Positions 23,649-36,619 of a DNA stretch of 64,000 bases are shown one piece after another. Position numbers and translations under genes: made by a program. Below the pieces are notes generated by a model. It was not told the origin of the DNA, made no database searches, and saw nothing but the letters and a program-made list of their open reading frames with translations. The DNA is from Octopus sinensis. Its lineage: Eukaryota. The stretch spans positions 131,006,001-131,070,000 of the forward strand of contig NC_042999.1 in the NCBI RefSeq assembly GCF_006345805.1. The letters are read 5' to 3'. The stretch's first letter is position 1, and every line of letters begins with the position of its first letter.

Positions 23649-24240
23649 GAAAGATTGTGTTTGAAATCGACACTCTAGTCTTAAGATATTTACATGAGTG
23701 CCAATTCTAAATTCTCTACTAAATAGTAATTTAGGATGGAGTGTTTTGATGATTGGCTACAGGAACTGCATACTTCTCATTGAATTTAACACTGATCCTG
23801 AAGATATTTTTAGCACTCTTATGCATTGTCTGATAAGCTATCAAATTACCAATATTTTGCTTTTCCACTAAACTACAACATAACAATCCCTTAAATGTAT
23901 CTTTGAAGTTGTGCAAAGCCAAATATTAGATTTGTTATAAATTAGAAAATATACCTTGTAGGGAAAGAATAAAAATATACCTAACTTAAAAGGTCATACA
24001 AGGTATAACAGTTTCAATTATTTTTAGGGAAAAGCAAAGAAAAGAAAGAAGATTTTCAATAAAGTGTGTCTTTATTATTACCCTGCACGCATAAGTAAAA
24101 GCAGTGTATTGTAACCACTCGTCTTTGTCTGTTTGTCTGCAAAATTACTGGAAAATAGCTGAAATACTCATTGAGTGAGTGGTTTGAAATGATGAACATT
24201 TGGTTTGATTATCATTAAAAATATATATATATATAAACAA

Positions 24241-24760
24241 CTGAACTTACAAATTTCCCGATAAGCAAGTGGTCGTATTATTTTGTTCACTTTCTTTTCC
24301 ATATGAATCGACCCTTGCCTGCATATGTATAGATCATGGTGTACCTGTGCACGTAGACATGTGTGGGTTCATACATAGATATGCAACTCTGTTAGTGTGT
24401 GTGTGTACACTGATGGATTTGAGGGGTTCGTTTTTTTACGACTTGATTTCTTAATTTCACCAGAGTATAATGGTGATACTTAAAAGAAAAAAAAAATTTT
24501 TTAATTGAACTTACAAATTTCCCAGTAAGCAAGTGGTTATATTAATTTGTTCACTTCCTTTTTCATATGAAGCCACCTTCGTCTGTGTGTGTATAGATCA
24601 CAGTGTAGACACATGTGGGTACATGCATACATACATAAATATACAACTGTGTGTGTGTGTACACTGATGGGTTTGAGGGTTCCATTTATTTACAAGTTGA
24701 TTTCTTAATTTCACCGGAATATAAATACCTATAATGGTGACAGTTAAAAAAAAAAATTAA
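24241..24760. repeat. Tandem duplication, 264-bp unit x2, diverged
   Basis: GAACTTACAAATTTCCC occurs at 24243 and 24507, with colinear similarity through TTGATTTCTTAATTTCACC. Confidence 0.9.
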
Positions 24761-26289
24761 TTCAGTTCAAATAAATGTATGGGTAAGCAATGCAGTGTAA
24801 GCCACACTATAATTTGCGAAAAAATTTATCCATGCACAGGGTATGCATCACCCCTCCAATGCCTTTTTTCTTTCATCGTATTTGTTTTTGTTTAGTATCT
24901 AATCACCCCTGATCAAACAGATCCGGATCAATAGCATTCAAGTCACATGTACCGTTGGTTTTAACAATGATACAGTAACCTGGATCATATTATGCATGTC
25001 CTTTTTTTAAGACAGCATATGGTTTGAGAAAGATGAGTGATAATGTAGAGGCTATCTTATTGCCTCACTACTATTGTAGTCTTTTAATCTTATTTTATAA
25101 TTTGACTTACAAAGTCCTATAACGTTATTTACATAGGAAAAAAAACTTCAGCGACACTAACAAATATAGTCCTTTTCATAAAAATATAACCATTGTAATA
25201 AGTCAATGGTTATAAGTCATCTAGAATCTCAAATTTTAATATTTCTAACCAAATATTCCCAAATATATTTGTAAATCTACATAGTAAACTATAAATACAT
25301 GTCAAATTTACCTGTAGATTGAAAAAATGACAAACAGCTTTAATAGATTTTCGGCCCTTTTTGGGGATCACGTCAGAGGGCCTACATCACTTGGCCAATC
25401 CCAGATGAATGGAACCTTTTAAATTGCATACTATAAGTGTTTAACACTATTTAATATCAGAGACCTGTCAATTTGTTTTATGATTACGATCAACATCATG
25501 ATTCTTTGCTGTATAAATTGTTTACATTAAATTAATATTGTTTAATTATGACAGCATTGTTTGTATTGTTCATGATCAACTTACTACTATTAACTTTTAA
25601 CAAACATTATCTAGGAAACACATTATAATGAAATGATAATTAGTAGAAACTTATAATGAAATAATTGTTAGATACACTGTGAGTCATTAAACTCCAGTGT
25701 ATTTTATTGGATACTAATTAAAGGTGCATGTATTTTGATGTAAGCTTAATGAAAAGATAACTAAATATGAAGTGTTTTAGGTACCTACAAAATTTTATAT
25801 ACTAGCTGAATTTGATTGGGTTTTTTTTAAAGTCTGTATCTTCTACATTGTAATTCATTACCTCAGTTACTAGTTTTCTTTACCATGAATTTAGTATTGA
25901 CTAAAATAAAAGTAACAATTTTATATGCTCTTTATATTATTAGTTATTTGTCACGTTGAAGCAGTTACTCTTCTGATATCAACTTATCTTAGACCATCAT
26001 TGGTCCTATTATATGGACTTCTTGTTTTATAGTGATCTCAACTAAATCCCTCCAACAAAATTTCATGTTAATTTATGTTTCAAATCTCCAGCTTAATAAT
26101 GGCTAAGTTATTTTATTAAATTATTCATTATTTTCAGAATTATTTTAAACAAAAGCTGTATATTTCAACAAAAATATGATAACAAAAGGCTTAAAAATAC
26201 TTCTTTATATTTCTGATTTGTGTGATTCAAATATTCTATTCTGTATTTTTTTGTATCAAAGATAACCAAATTTTCCTTGATTTATGTAG

Positions 26290-26587
26290 GGAAAAGTCAA
26301 AACAACTATCTGAACAAAATGCTGCTGTAGTGTGTTTGTTAGTGGCTGGAGTCCATGATGGGAGGAAAGAGGGTATTGGAGAGGAAAGAAGAGTTTTTTT
26401 GGACCAGTGGCAAAAGCTTGTCAACTCAGAGAATGATCAAAAGGAACGACTTGATAATGAATCAATTGTAAATGAAGGGAAAATTAAAACGAATCCAGAA
26501 CTGTCAACAGATGAGTCTACTTTATCTGAACAGATTGAAAGTCATACATCTAACAACATTAGTCAGGAAATTAACTCCAACAGTTGA
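26290..26587 (+). CDS. DUS2: DUS2 terminal coding exon: (W)EKSKQLSEQNAAVVCLLVAGVHDGRK...QEINSNS*
   Basis: TGTAG acceptor at 26285-26289; TG+G=Trp. Matches human WDKSKKLAEQAAAIVCL (dsRBD helix 2, from memory). Stop TGA at 26585-26587. Confidence 0.93.
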
Positions 26588-26631
26588 CATATATGATATA
26601 AATAGATTCTTCTTTTATAATAATTTTTTTC

Positions 26632-26637
26632 AATAAA
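26632..26637 (+). promoter_or_regulatory. Probable polyadenylation signal AATAAA of DUS2
   Basis: First AATAAA after the stop (45 nt downstream), followed by T/GT-rich sequence. Confidence 0.5.
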
Positions 26638-26934
26638 GTGACTCATGTATATCTTTAAGTTGTTATTTATTCAATTCTCTTACACTTTGTGTGTTGTTTG
26701 AAAATAAATATATAAATTAATAACTTTTAGGAAACATTTCAAATGTTGATAGTGTTATCAAAATATAGGTAAATGCTTTGTATTCGGCACAAATGCCCAA
26801 AATATTATCATTGTGCTCTCACAACAGGTATGTTGCTCCATTTGTATAAAGTCATTGAAAACAAACAACTATCTTACTTCATGGTTGAGTGGTTTCTGAT
26901 TGGAAAACACCTGTTTCAATATTTCATGTGACTA

Positions 26935-27148
26935 AGGCGGTAAGCTGGTAGAAATGTTAGCATGCCAGGTGAAATGCTTAGCAGTATTTCATCTGTCTTT
27001 ATGTTCTGAGTTCAAATTCTGCCGAGGTTGACTTTGCCTTTCATCCATTCGGGGTTGGTAAATTAAGTACCAGTTGCATATTGGTGTCGATCTAATCAAC
27101 TGACCCCCTCACCCAAAATTTCAGGCCTTCTGCCTTGGGTAGGAAAGG
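26935..27148 (+). mobile_element. SINE family A copy with a 16-bp TSD
   Basis: ATATTTCATGTGACTA occurs at 26919-26934 and 27149-27164; B-box GTTCAAATTC. Confidence 0.9.
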
Positions 27149-27194
27149 ATATTTCATGTGACTACTCAAAATTACCGAATCAATTAATCAACAC

Positions 27195-27790
27195 CTTGGC
27201 TTGGCTTGATGGGGCTGGGGTCATTCTAAGTTAGTGGTTCTATAGACATTTTGTGCCAGCCTATCTGCATCCTCCAAAGTGATGTTGAGGGTCTGCAAAT
27301 CTTCCCCAATCATGTCCAACCATGAGGCCTCTTCCAGCCTGCAGCTGCTGTGTCAAATCAGAATAAAGCCCTGGTAGGATGATCTAGCAGGAGACAGAGA
27401 ACATGTCTGTACCAGTGCATGCAACAGATAGCTATGAGATCTCCACTCTGTTTCAACAGCTCTGTAGCAGTACCAAGAGTTGCATGCAGGTGAATGGAAA
27501 GGACTCTGATCGGTTCCCCATTAACAGCAAGGTTAGACAGGGCTGCATGGTTACTCTAACCTCTTCAACTGTGTCATTGGTTATCTGATGACCAAGGTGA
27601 GTGAGTCTCTGGCATTACCTTCAGGAACTACTACCTTACTGACCTTGGACAATGCGGATGATACCACTCTATTCAGCAACTCAATCGACCAGTTCAGGGA
27701 TGCACTGACCATTTATAAAGAAGAATCAGTAAAGCTTGGCCTTCAGGTGAGTTGGGTGAAGACCAAGCTAATCAACATCATGAAAAAATA
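27195..27790. mobile_element. RTE-like LINE fragments in opposite orientations
   Basis: 27195-27400(-) reads HVL.L..DHPTRAL...GWKRP (C-terminus). 27400-27790(+) reads F.INSKVRQGC..LD.ADD..LGLQVSW.KTK (RT). Confidence 0.65.
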
Positions 27791-28256
27791 TATTCAAGCC
27801 TGTCTGACTTTATTGATTAATTGCTAGGCAGGAGTTAATGTGTTCATTGTTGGGAATTGCAAATTATTTGAATAAAAGCAAACTGTTTCTGAAAGAGAAA
27901 AAAATTACATAAAAATATCTGAATAGTGTAAAAATAGAATCTCACTTATTGTTGAAATTGGTAAGAATTAAACTGGACATCATGGTCACTCTAATGTGGA
28001 GAACTTGGATTATATCTTGATGGAGATATTGCTGCGGTGGAATTGACTAGAAAGAAAGGGATGGTTGGAGAAACTGGATAAAGTCATCATCTACATTTTT
28101 ATGTCTTTTTCTCTGCAAGCAGTAACCTATAGCCAGATGCCCTTTCTGATGTCAACCTGTGCTTGTTTTCAAGTAAAGTTATTTATTCTACTGTTCTTTG
28201 CATGTTGAATTGCTTAGCTGTGAAGTACCACTACTCAAAAACATCTTCTCACACAT

Positions 28257-28301
<45 letters not shown>

Positions 28302-28999
28302 TGGTGCAGCCCCTCAGCTTACCAGCCCTGGTCAAACCATCCAACTCATGCCAGCATGGACGACAGATGCTAAATGATGATGATCACACACACACACACA
28401 AAATGGGCTTCTGTACAGTTTACATCCCACCAAATTTCACTTACAAAGCACTGTTTAAGCCAAGGTTATTGTACAGTACTACTTGCTCAAGGTGCTGTGC
28501 TATGGGATTGAACCTGAAACCATGTGGTTGTGAATCAAACTTTTTAACCACACAGTCATACCTGAGTAATTCTTAGATACATGGAGGAAGATGTACAAAA
28601 GAGACTGTGTCTGCTTTTTTTTTTTTTTTTTTGGTATAATTAATTATATCTCTCACCAATACCCATACCCTGTCTCAGACCTCGTGTTTCCTCACATATT
28701 TCTGACATCTTGTAGTGAAAATATATAAATAAAAAGTTGTCTATGGAGGGAATTTAGAAGCAGAAACTCAACATATTATGTATTTGGTTGTTGTTAGGTT
28801 TCAAAAATATCAATGACTTTCTTTTTCTTTTTGCAATTGACACCTTTATGAGTACAAAATATTTGATTTAATGATTTGAGGTGAATATTATTTTTAGTTT
28901 GATATATTTGACATAATCGTTGGAAATTTTCTAAATGGACTGGCTGAAGAAGATCTGCATTGATTTTTACCAACCTTGAAGAGTCTATTGCTTTTGTAG

Positions 29000-31700
29000 G
29001 CCATCATAAACTAGTAAAATCAATGAAATTGATGTTCTTTTACAATTGTAAAGTTAATGGCTACAGGAATAAAACCTAGACAGAGGGATTTAAAAAGGTT
29101 GGCAGAAAAGACTTGGAAAAGGGATTGATGCAAACTTGGTATGTGAATGCAATATGGCTGATGAGTCAGTCAGATGAGGCTGAGTGGAGGTGGCATAATC
29201 TCAGCAAGCTTGGAGGAGCAGAATCCACTGTAGCAGTAACAGAAAGGCATTGTGAGGAAACACGAGGTCTGTGAGACAGGGTATGGGTATTGGTGAGTGA
29301 CTTCATGTCAATCAGTCAAGTGGTCTATTTTAAGTATATACTCCAAGATATCTATGCTGTAGGAGCACTGACTTCAGATTTGGGAACAGCATTCCATTGT
29401 GGGTCTCACTAATACTTTGAATAAAGTTAGTAATTGTTGGAAGCTGAAGTATCTTCTAGCCCTAAAGAAGGCCAATCTTTGTGATACCGAGACTATGAGA
29501 GTGAAAGCAATAATAGTGAGGCCTGGCAGTTTTAGCTACTTTGTCGGTTCTAGTTGCATATTATTTGTTTGTTCATGTTTACAAAATTAATTGTCTGTTC
29601 CATTAGAGTACAGAATTTTGTTTGGCTGTCAGGCCCTAAGTAATGCTTTTAACAGCATTTAAATTTCGACCTAAAGGAGAATACTGTATTAATTTATTGT
29701 TCGTGCAGTAAGCTATGAAATTCTTACATTCTCTTTATCTCTAGTAATTCAGATTACCAATTGTTTTCTTGATAATTGTACAAAGATACAATCATAATTG
29801 AGTTTTTGAGATCTCTGCAGGTTTGTTATGAGGTGTCTAGGTTGCATGTGGATGCCACTTAAGTGCAGAAGGTTGGGGGTAAGGTTAAGAATGGTATCAT
29901 CTGTACAATGGTAAGTATTGTCAGAGGTGACAGCAAGCAAGTTGTTTGAAGTATAGGAGGAAGAGTTGATAGAGTGTCGGTTAGAGTGAGCTTCATCAGT
30001 ACATGGTGCAACATGACAGGAGACCTCCAATTTCAGTGAAAGACGAAACTCATTGGCAGCTGTTTTGGTTAGACTATTCACATTTCAGGGATGGTCCAAT
30101 GTTATATTGAATTAAAATGTAACAAGTACTTATTTTCATTAAATTTCATGCAGATAAAATCCACTGCTAAGTGACAAAAGAATGCCAGTCTCTAGTAGAT
30201 TCAGCTCTATGAAAGCTGTTAATAATGGTTATTAAGAAAAGAGAAGAATTCAAAGTCTTAGTGAATATGGTTGTTAAATATCTCTATCACTTTTGAAACA
30301 GAAGTGAGATCAACAGTTAGCGTGGTTAGAGAAGAAGCCATTCTTGGAAAATACTAGCAAGATTGGAATTGTATAGAAAGTGAGAGGGAAAGATTAAGTG
30401 TTTTGGTAAGGATAGAGGCTAAGTCTTGAGTACATTCTTTCAGGGCTACAGAAGCAACATTGTCATGCCTATATTGTTGTTGGCATGAAACAACTGAGGA
30501 GCTTTAGGCGGACATGTATGTGGTAGAATGGAGAGGTGGCATCAAATAGGAAATGTTACTCTATAGGAATATTGCTTACAAAGCCTTTGTATTTGGAAAG
30601 TGAAGGAAGAATGATTCTGAAAAGGTGGTAGAGATCTTTTTTAGAACGGAGAAAAAGAATCAATTGCAGTCTTTTTTTTTTCTGCAGATTCCTTGAGGAT
30701 CTATAATAATATTTTCATAGGAGCTGTAGTAATTTCAACACTCAAACACACACACACACATGCATGCGCACGTGTGTGTGTGTGATTTTTAAAAAAATGA
30801 TGTAATCTATGCTTTTTGCTTGAACTGCTGCAGTGTAGCTCAATGAATGACTTAGGTGGTTTGTAGTTAAAGTTTTAGTTGCGTTTTATATGGAAGGAGC
30901 TGACTAAGTGTATTATTTAAGTTGATTACTCAGCTATCTCATATGTATTGATGCTGAAACACATACACTGACATGGATAGTTTGCAAACAACTGGTAGAG
31001 CTTCAATCACTCAGCTGATGTGAGGCACTACAAAGTACAAGATGTGTATGGGGTAGGGGAAGAAGTTTGCATAATGTGTAGATATGTATTGCATAATAGA
31101 TATAAGGTGGTAGTTAGACGATCTAATAGCTGCAGAGATGCTGATGTATTGGTAGAGGATGTGCTTGACAATAAGGAGATCAACAGTGTTTGGAGTGACA
31201 TTCAGTGATATGTGCAAGTGATGAAACTAACTGCAAAGAGTTAAGGATTGCAAAAAGTACAGTTTCTGCATTAATATGTGAGATGAGTGCAAGAACCAAG
31301 AATTATAAAGATTGTGAACATTTCAGTGAACAGAAATCACACACACACATACACATACTCAATGTAGGAAGAGATATAGTGTTGAGGCATTGTTGATAGT
31401 GGTAGTAGTAGTTGTAGGAGTTCAGAGAACAGCAGAGGAATCAGGTGTATTTAGAGAGGTACAAATAGAAACTTTGAAGTTTGAAAGCCTTTGTTGCTGA
31501 TATCTAGGCGAGTGTTAGGAAGAGTAGAATCTACATGTGTGCAGTAACCATGTTATAGAGTAAATGTAAATATAGGTGTAATCTGGATGGCATAGATAGA
31601 CTAAAGATAAGGCATAAGAGATTTGTATTTCAGAGAGCACAGAGCTTGTAGCTTGTGTGTTAGTAGGTGCTGTTTGGGGCTCTATGATGGATCAAAGTTT
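29000..31700 (-). mobile_element. Highly decayed CR1/L2-like LINE (APE and RT remnants)
   Basis: PNTVDLLIV..SAAIRSSNYHLIS resembles the APE C-terminus LDL...SPLGSSDH; YHCTDDTIL resembles YADD. Confidence 0.5.
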
Positions 31701-32189
31701 ATGAATATTACAGAGGAAGAGGCAAAAATTGTCCAGATGATAAGTGTTATTTTTCAATTGAGATATTTTGTAAACTGAAGTGGGTGTTGACATGCTGCAA
31801 GATCATGATAATACTCTAGAGAGAATCTGATCCAAATGCTTGCAACAGAACCAACTTCGCCAAAGATATTTATGGGCCAGGAGATAGCATTGAACCAAAT
31901 GATGCGAAGTGGGCATACCTCTATGTAGTGGCTTATCTACCTGGGGCAGCAGAGCCAATATTCAATAATGTGGTATCAGGCATATGATAACCTGGGATCC
32001 AACAGCAAAATTGACAATTGGTGAAGCAACAGAAACAGCATTAAATTAAAATTGTCTTCTGTTTATCATATTAAATGTTTATACCCATAGAAAGAAAGGC
32101 ATGATGCTGTAATTTCTATCAGAGAGGAACTCTCCTCAAAGATATGTTGTGTTAAAAACAAAATATATATAAAAGCAAGGCAAATATCA

Positions 32190-32690
32190 TTGTAGTAGTG
32201 ACTCATATGAACATTTTGTTCACCTTTTGTTAAGGCTTATCAATGTTGTGAACCCATTTGTCATTTGCTTAGAAAAAAATCTGCACTTTGATATATAGAA
32301 AACAGTGAATAATATATTCACTGAAATGGCAGAATGCTTGCTGGGTTTTACAAAACTCAGTGAATGCAATTGAAACAACATTAAATTGAAATACCTATCT
32401 ATGTATCATGTTAAATATATATTTGCCAGAGAAAAGCATGATACTGAGTTTCTGTCTATATGATACACAGACAGTGATTTTAAATTAATGCAGTTTTAAT
32501 TGTGTTTACCAAGTTTTTTACAGCCTGACAAGCAACAAACATTCAGCAACATCAGTGTATGAATTATTCATTGTTTTCTACATATATCAAAAGCACATTT
32601 CATCTAAGCATGTGACAAATGGGTGCATGCACTGACAAGCCTCAAGAAAGTCAGAATGCATTTGTTATTTTCATGAGTCATTGCTGCAAC
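32190..32690. repeat. Old imperfect inverted repeat (about 170-bp arms)
   Basis: 32190-32360 matches the reverse complement of 32505-32690; examples are CCCATTTGTCA, GCTTAGA, TTTGATATA and TAGAAAACA.TGAATAAT. Confidence 0.7.
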
Positions 32691-33618
32691 AGTGATTGAC
32701 TTGCTTCAATATATATTGTGTTTTTAGCACAATCTCTAATGAAAAGATTCTTTCTCAGATGAGAACCACAGCAGAATACCTAGTACAGTTTACATATATT
32801 TAGTATGATATACATATGGCTAAATTGACAGTGTTAAAAACATCAAAAAGTAGACTAGGAGCAAGAAAAAGACAAACACAAGTGAGACACTTTGCCAATA
32901 GTAAGATAAGAGTGGGGGATACAGAGAGTGAGAGATGCAGAGAAATATTTAGAGGTTGTTAAGGAACTATGTTGCAGATATTATTCTACTACCAGCAAAT
33001 TTTTTTTTTTTTACTTTTTATTTATTTATTTATTTATATATTTTTGTTAAAGTCAGATTCTTCACTCACATTTACAGTTAATAACTAAAAATCGTTTTTG
33101 CAAATTCCTTGAGGATCCATAATTATATTTTCATAGGAGCAGTAATGTTCAAGATTTTTTATGGTTAACTTGTTTTATCATGAGAGCTTTCTCTTTTACA
33201 TGTATAACCCATGCTAGCATGGAAAACGGACGCTAAACGATGATGATGATGATGTTGATGATATATATCTTAGGTCCTGGTAGAGTATAAAGGTAGGGTA
33301 TTTCCCCAAGTTCTGGGATTTCAACACTGTCAGATTCCAGATTAATACTGAAATTCTTCAAGTGTAGAAAATCCTGATTTCACAACAGTAAAACTGTTGT
33401 GTAGGTGTAGCAAAGAGTAAGCTATAATCAAAATAATAAGAAGACAAAGAAATACTCCAACACATCTTTAATTATTTGTTATAATTGTTTCTGTACTAAC
33501 TCTGCTTGCAACTCCAGTTTATGTAATATTCAAAGTGAAAATTTACATAGTATTTGCAGTTTTAGACATTAGAGTGGTCATCATACTTACATTAAAGGTG
33601 TGCTCTTACATTGTACAT

Positions 33619-34012
33619 CTTACTCTTTTACTCTTTACTCTTTTACTTGTTTCAGTCATTTGACTGTGGCCATGCTGGAGCACCGCCTTTAGTCGAGCAA
33701 ATCAACCCCAGGACTTATTCTTTGTAAGCCTAGTACTTATTCTATTGGTCTCTTTTGCCAAACTGCTAAGTTACGGGGACGTAAACATACCAGCATCGGT
33801 TGTCAAGTGATGTTGGGGGGACAAACACAGACACACAAACACATACACACACATACATATATACGATGGGCTTCTTTCAGTTTCCGTCTACCAAATCCAC
33901 TCACAAGGCTTTGGTTGGCCCGAGGCTATAGTAGAAGACACTTGCCCAAGGTGGCACACAGTGGGATGGAACCTGGAACCATGTGGTTTGTAAGCAAGCT
34001 ACTTAACACACA
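33619..34012 (-). mobile_element. SINE family B
   Basis: (TTTTACTC)n tail at the left; body matches the reverse complement of 55398-55791. Confidence 0.9.
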
Positions 34013-35277
34013 ACCTTTTAAATCAGAGTATGGTTAAGGAACGAATAACTAGTATAGAGATCATGTGGGAAGGATTTGCATATATGTATGTGTATATGAA
34101 CATGTATGTACATGTTTATGTATGGATATGCATGTGTGTCATCTGTATGCATGCATATCGACTTATGCGCTGACAATATGCACATCTCTGATCATGAGCA
34201 GGAGTAGTGGAGGAGCATCATAGCTGAGTTGAGAGGGATTCTTTGGGGGTTTGAATAAATATAACAAAAGCAAAGTGTGGAGGAAATATTAGCCATTTTT
34301 CATACTTTCTCAGCATAAGCAAATAAGAAATAACAGTTGCTACCCAAGGACAACAATCATGTTACAGAGTGTTAGTTAAATAAAGAAAGGTTTAGTCAAC
34401 CTAATACTATGATAAGAGACTCAGTGGGATTGATCTTAAAGCCATGTGCTTAACCATGCTGGCACCAAAGTTAGCAGAGTCAGAGGGTGTCTCTCTTGGG
34501 AATGGGATACTGTAACATGTTTCCATAGACTGGATATATCACCGTAGAAAAGAAATATTGAAGAGTATTTTGTGAAGCTTGTCACTAACTCAGGAGTGTA
34601 AACTGAACTTAAAAAAACTTGTTTTGCATATTTCTAATCCTGATGTATCTTTAATTATCAGAAACAATTTCACTAAAATTCACAATGTAATTTTTTTGTA
34701 TGGGAGGAGTTGTCTTACTGGTACTTACTTGTTATTCTCCTAAGAAGATGAAAAGCAAAGTTAAATCTATTGTAAACTGAGAATAGATATATTCACCACA
34801 CATCGTAAAGCATTTAGGTTGGCTTCCTATGTTGCTTGTGCCATATTCACAACACTTATTGAGATAAGAGTTACTATGGTGTCTTAGTGTTGCAATATCT
34901 TACAAAATGACTGGTTCTGGGTCAACAAACAGTGTACTATTTACATGCACGTGTTATTTCATGTGACTATTTTCACAAGTCAGATAATAGTTCTTATTCT
35001 CTATCCTATTACTCACAGTATACAGATATAACGTTTTTGATTTGTATATTGTTCAAGTTGACAAAATCTTTTAGAAATATAACAAATAGGTTTCCTTTTC
35101 AGTTAATAATGGATAATTAGTGAATGGTTGTAAATATCATACTCAGCAAAGAAAAATCATATTTAAATTTATCCTCTGAGTTCATCTGACTCAGCTGGTT
35201 GACTAGAGCATGGTGTTGACAGTTATAACAACAGTGAATATTGAACCATATACCTACAGTTACAATGAATTGTCTTC

Positions 35278-35662
35278 TATTGATGATGATGACAATGATG
35301 ATAGCTGTGGTGACAGTGTTGATGGTGTTGGTGTAGGTGGTGATGGCAGTTGTGTTGTTATTGTTGCTGGTGGTGGTGGTGGTGGTGGTAGTGGTGGTGG
35401 TGGTGGTGGCGGTGGCGGTGATGGTGGTGGTGGTGGTGGCGGGGTGCTGCTGCTGCTGTTGTTGCTATTGCTGTCACTTGTGCTGCTGCTGCTGTTGTTG
35501 CTATTACTGCCACTGGTGATGCTGCTGCTGTTGCTATTGCTGCTGCTGCTGCTGCTGATGATGATGATGACGATGACGACGACGACGACGACGAAGACGT
35601 CAACGATGATGATGATGGCAACAATGATGATAATGATGATATTGTTGTTGCTGTTGTGCTGT
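35278..35662. repeat. Compound trinucleotide array (GAT/GGT/GCT/GAC/GTT)
   Basis: Directly visible. Confidence 0.95.
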
Positions 35663-35819
35663 TTCTGTTTTCTGCTTCCTCGTGAATCACGAATTTGTGA
35701 GAAGATAAGCCAGTCATTATGTTGTTGAAGCTAAAATTGATGGAATATATGCTTTGTTATTTAGTTATGTCTCCACATTCTGATTCGATTTCAAACTATA
35801 CTGCTCTTGACTTATGGGA

Positions 35820-36058
35820 TAATAATAATAATAATAATAATAATAATTTCAAATTTTGGCACAAGGCCAGCAATATCAGGCAAGGAGCTAAGTTAATTAC
35901 ATTGACCTCCAATGTTCAGCTGGTACTTATTTTATCGACCCCAAAAGGATGAAAGGCAAAGTCTGCTTCAGCAGAATTTGAACTCAGAGCATACAGACAT
36001 ACAAAATGCCACTATGCATCTTGCCCAGCATGCTAACAATTCTGCCAGCTCGCCACCT

Positions 36059-36123
<65 letters not shown>

Positions 36124-36335
36124 TTCAAATTTTGGCACAAGGCTAGCAATATCAGGCAAGGAGCTAAGTTAATTATATTGACCTCCAATGTTCAGCTGGT
36201 ACGTATTTTATCGACCCCAAAAGGATGAAAGGCAAAGTCTGCTTCAGCAGAATTTGAACTCAGAGCATACAGACATATAAAATGCCACTATGCATCTTGC
36301 CCAGCATGCTAACAATTCTGCCAGCTCGCCACCTA

Positions 36336-36390
<55 letters not shown>

Positions 36391-36605
36391 CCTTTCTACT
36401 GTAGGTACAAGGCCTGAAATTTTGGGTGAGGAGAAAGTTGATCACGACTCAGTACTTGACTAGTACTTAATTTATTGACCCCCAAAAGGATGAAAAGCAA
36501 AGATGACCTTGGCAGAATTTGAACTTAGAATGTAAAGACAGACGAAATGCCGCAAAGCATTTTTCCTACTGCACTAACGATTCTGCTAGCTCACTGCCTT
36601 CAATA
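35820..36605 (-). mobile_element. Three head-to-tail SINE family A copies separated by (AAT)n
   Basis: Copies at 35845-36060 and 36121-36335 differ at about 5 positions; the copy at 36391-36601 is more diverged. Confidence 0.9.
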
Positions 36606-36619
36606 ATAATAATAATAAT

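Noticed and set aside
25345-25385. Minus-strand CTGACGT..GATCCC-CAAAAA-GGGCC-GAAA, hammerhead-like
   Set aside because: A9 is absent, stem II is mismatched and there is no stem I pairing; at best a very decayed remnant.
26222-26289. In-frame upstream extension of the ORF containing the last DUS2 exon
   Set aside because: It lies before the TGTAG acceptor, and the exon phase fits splicing at 26290; treated as intron.
35210-35728. 172-aa ORF with poly-G/L/M/T runs and overlapping poly-V and poly-H/S ORFs
   Set aside because: Compound trinucleotide array open in several frames; no non-repetitive conserved part.
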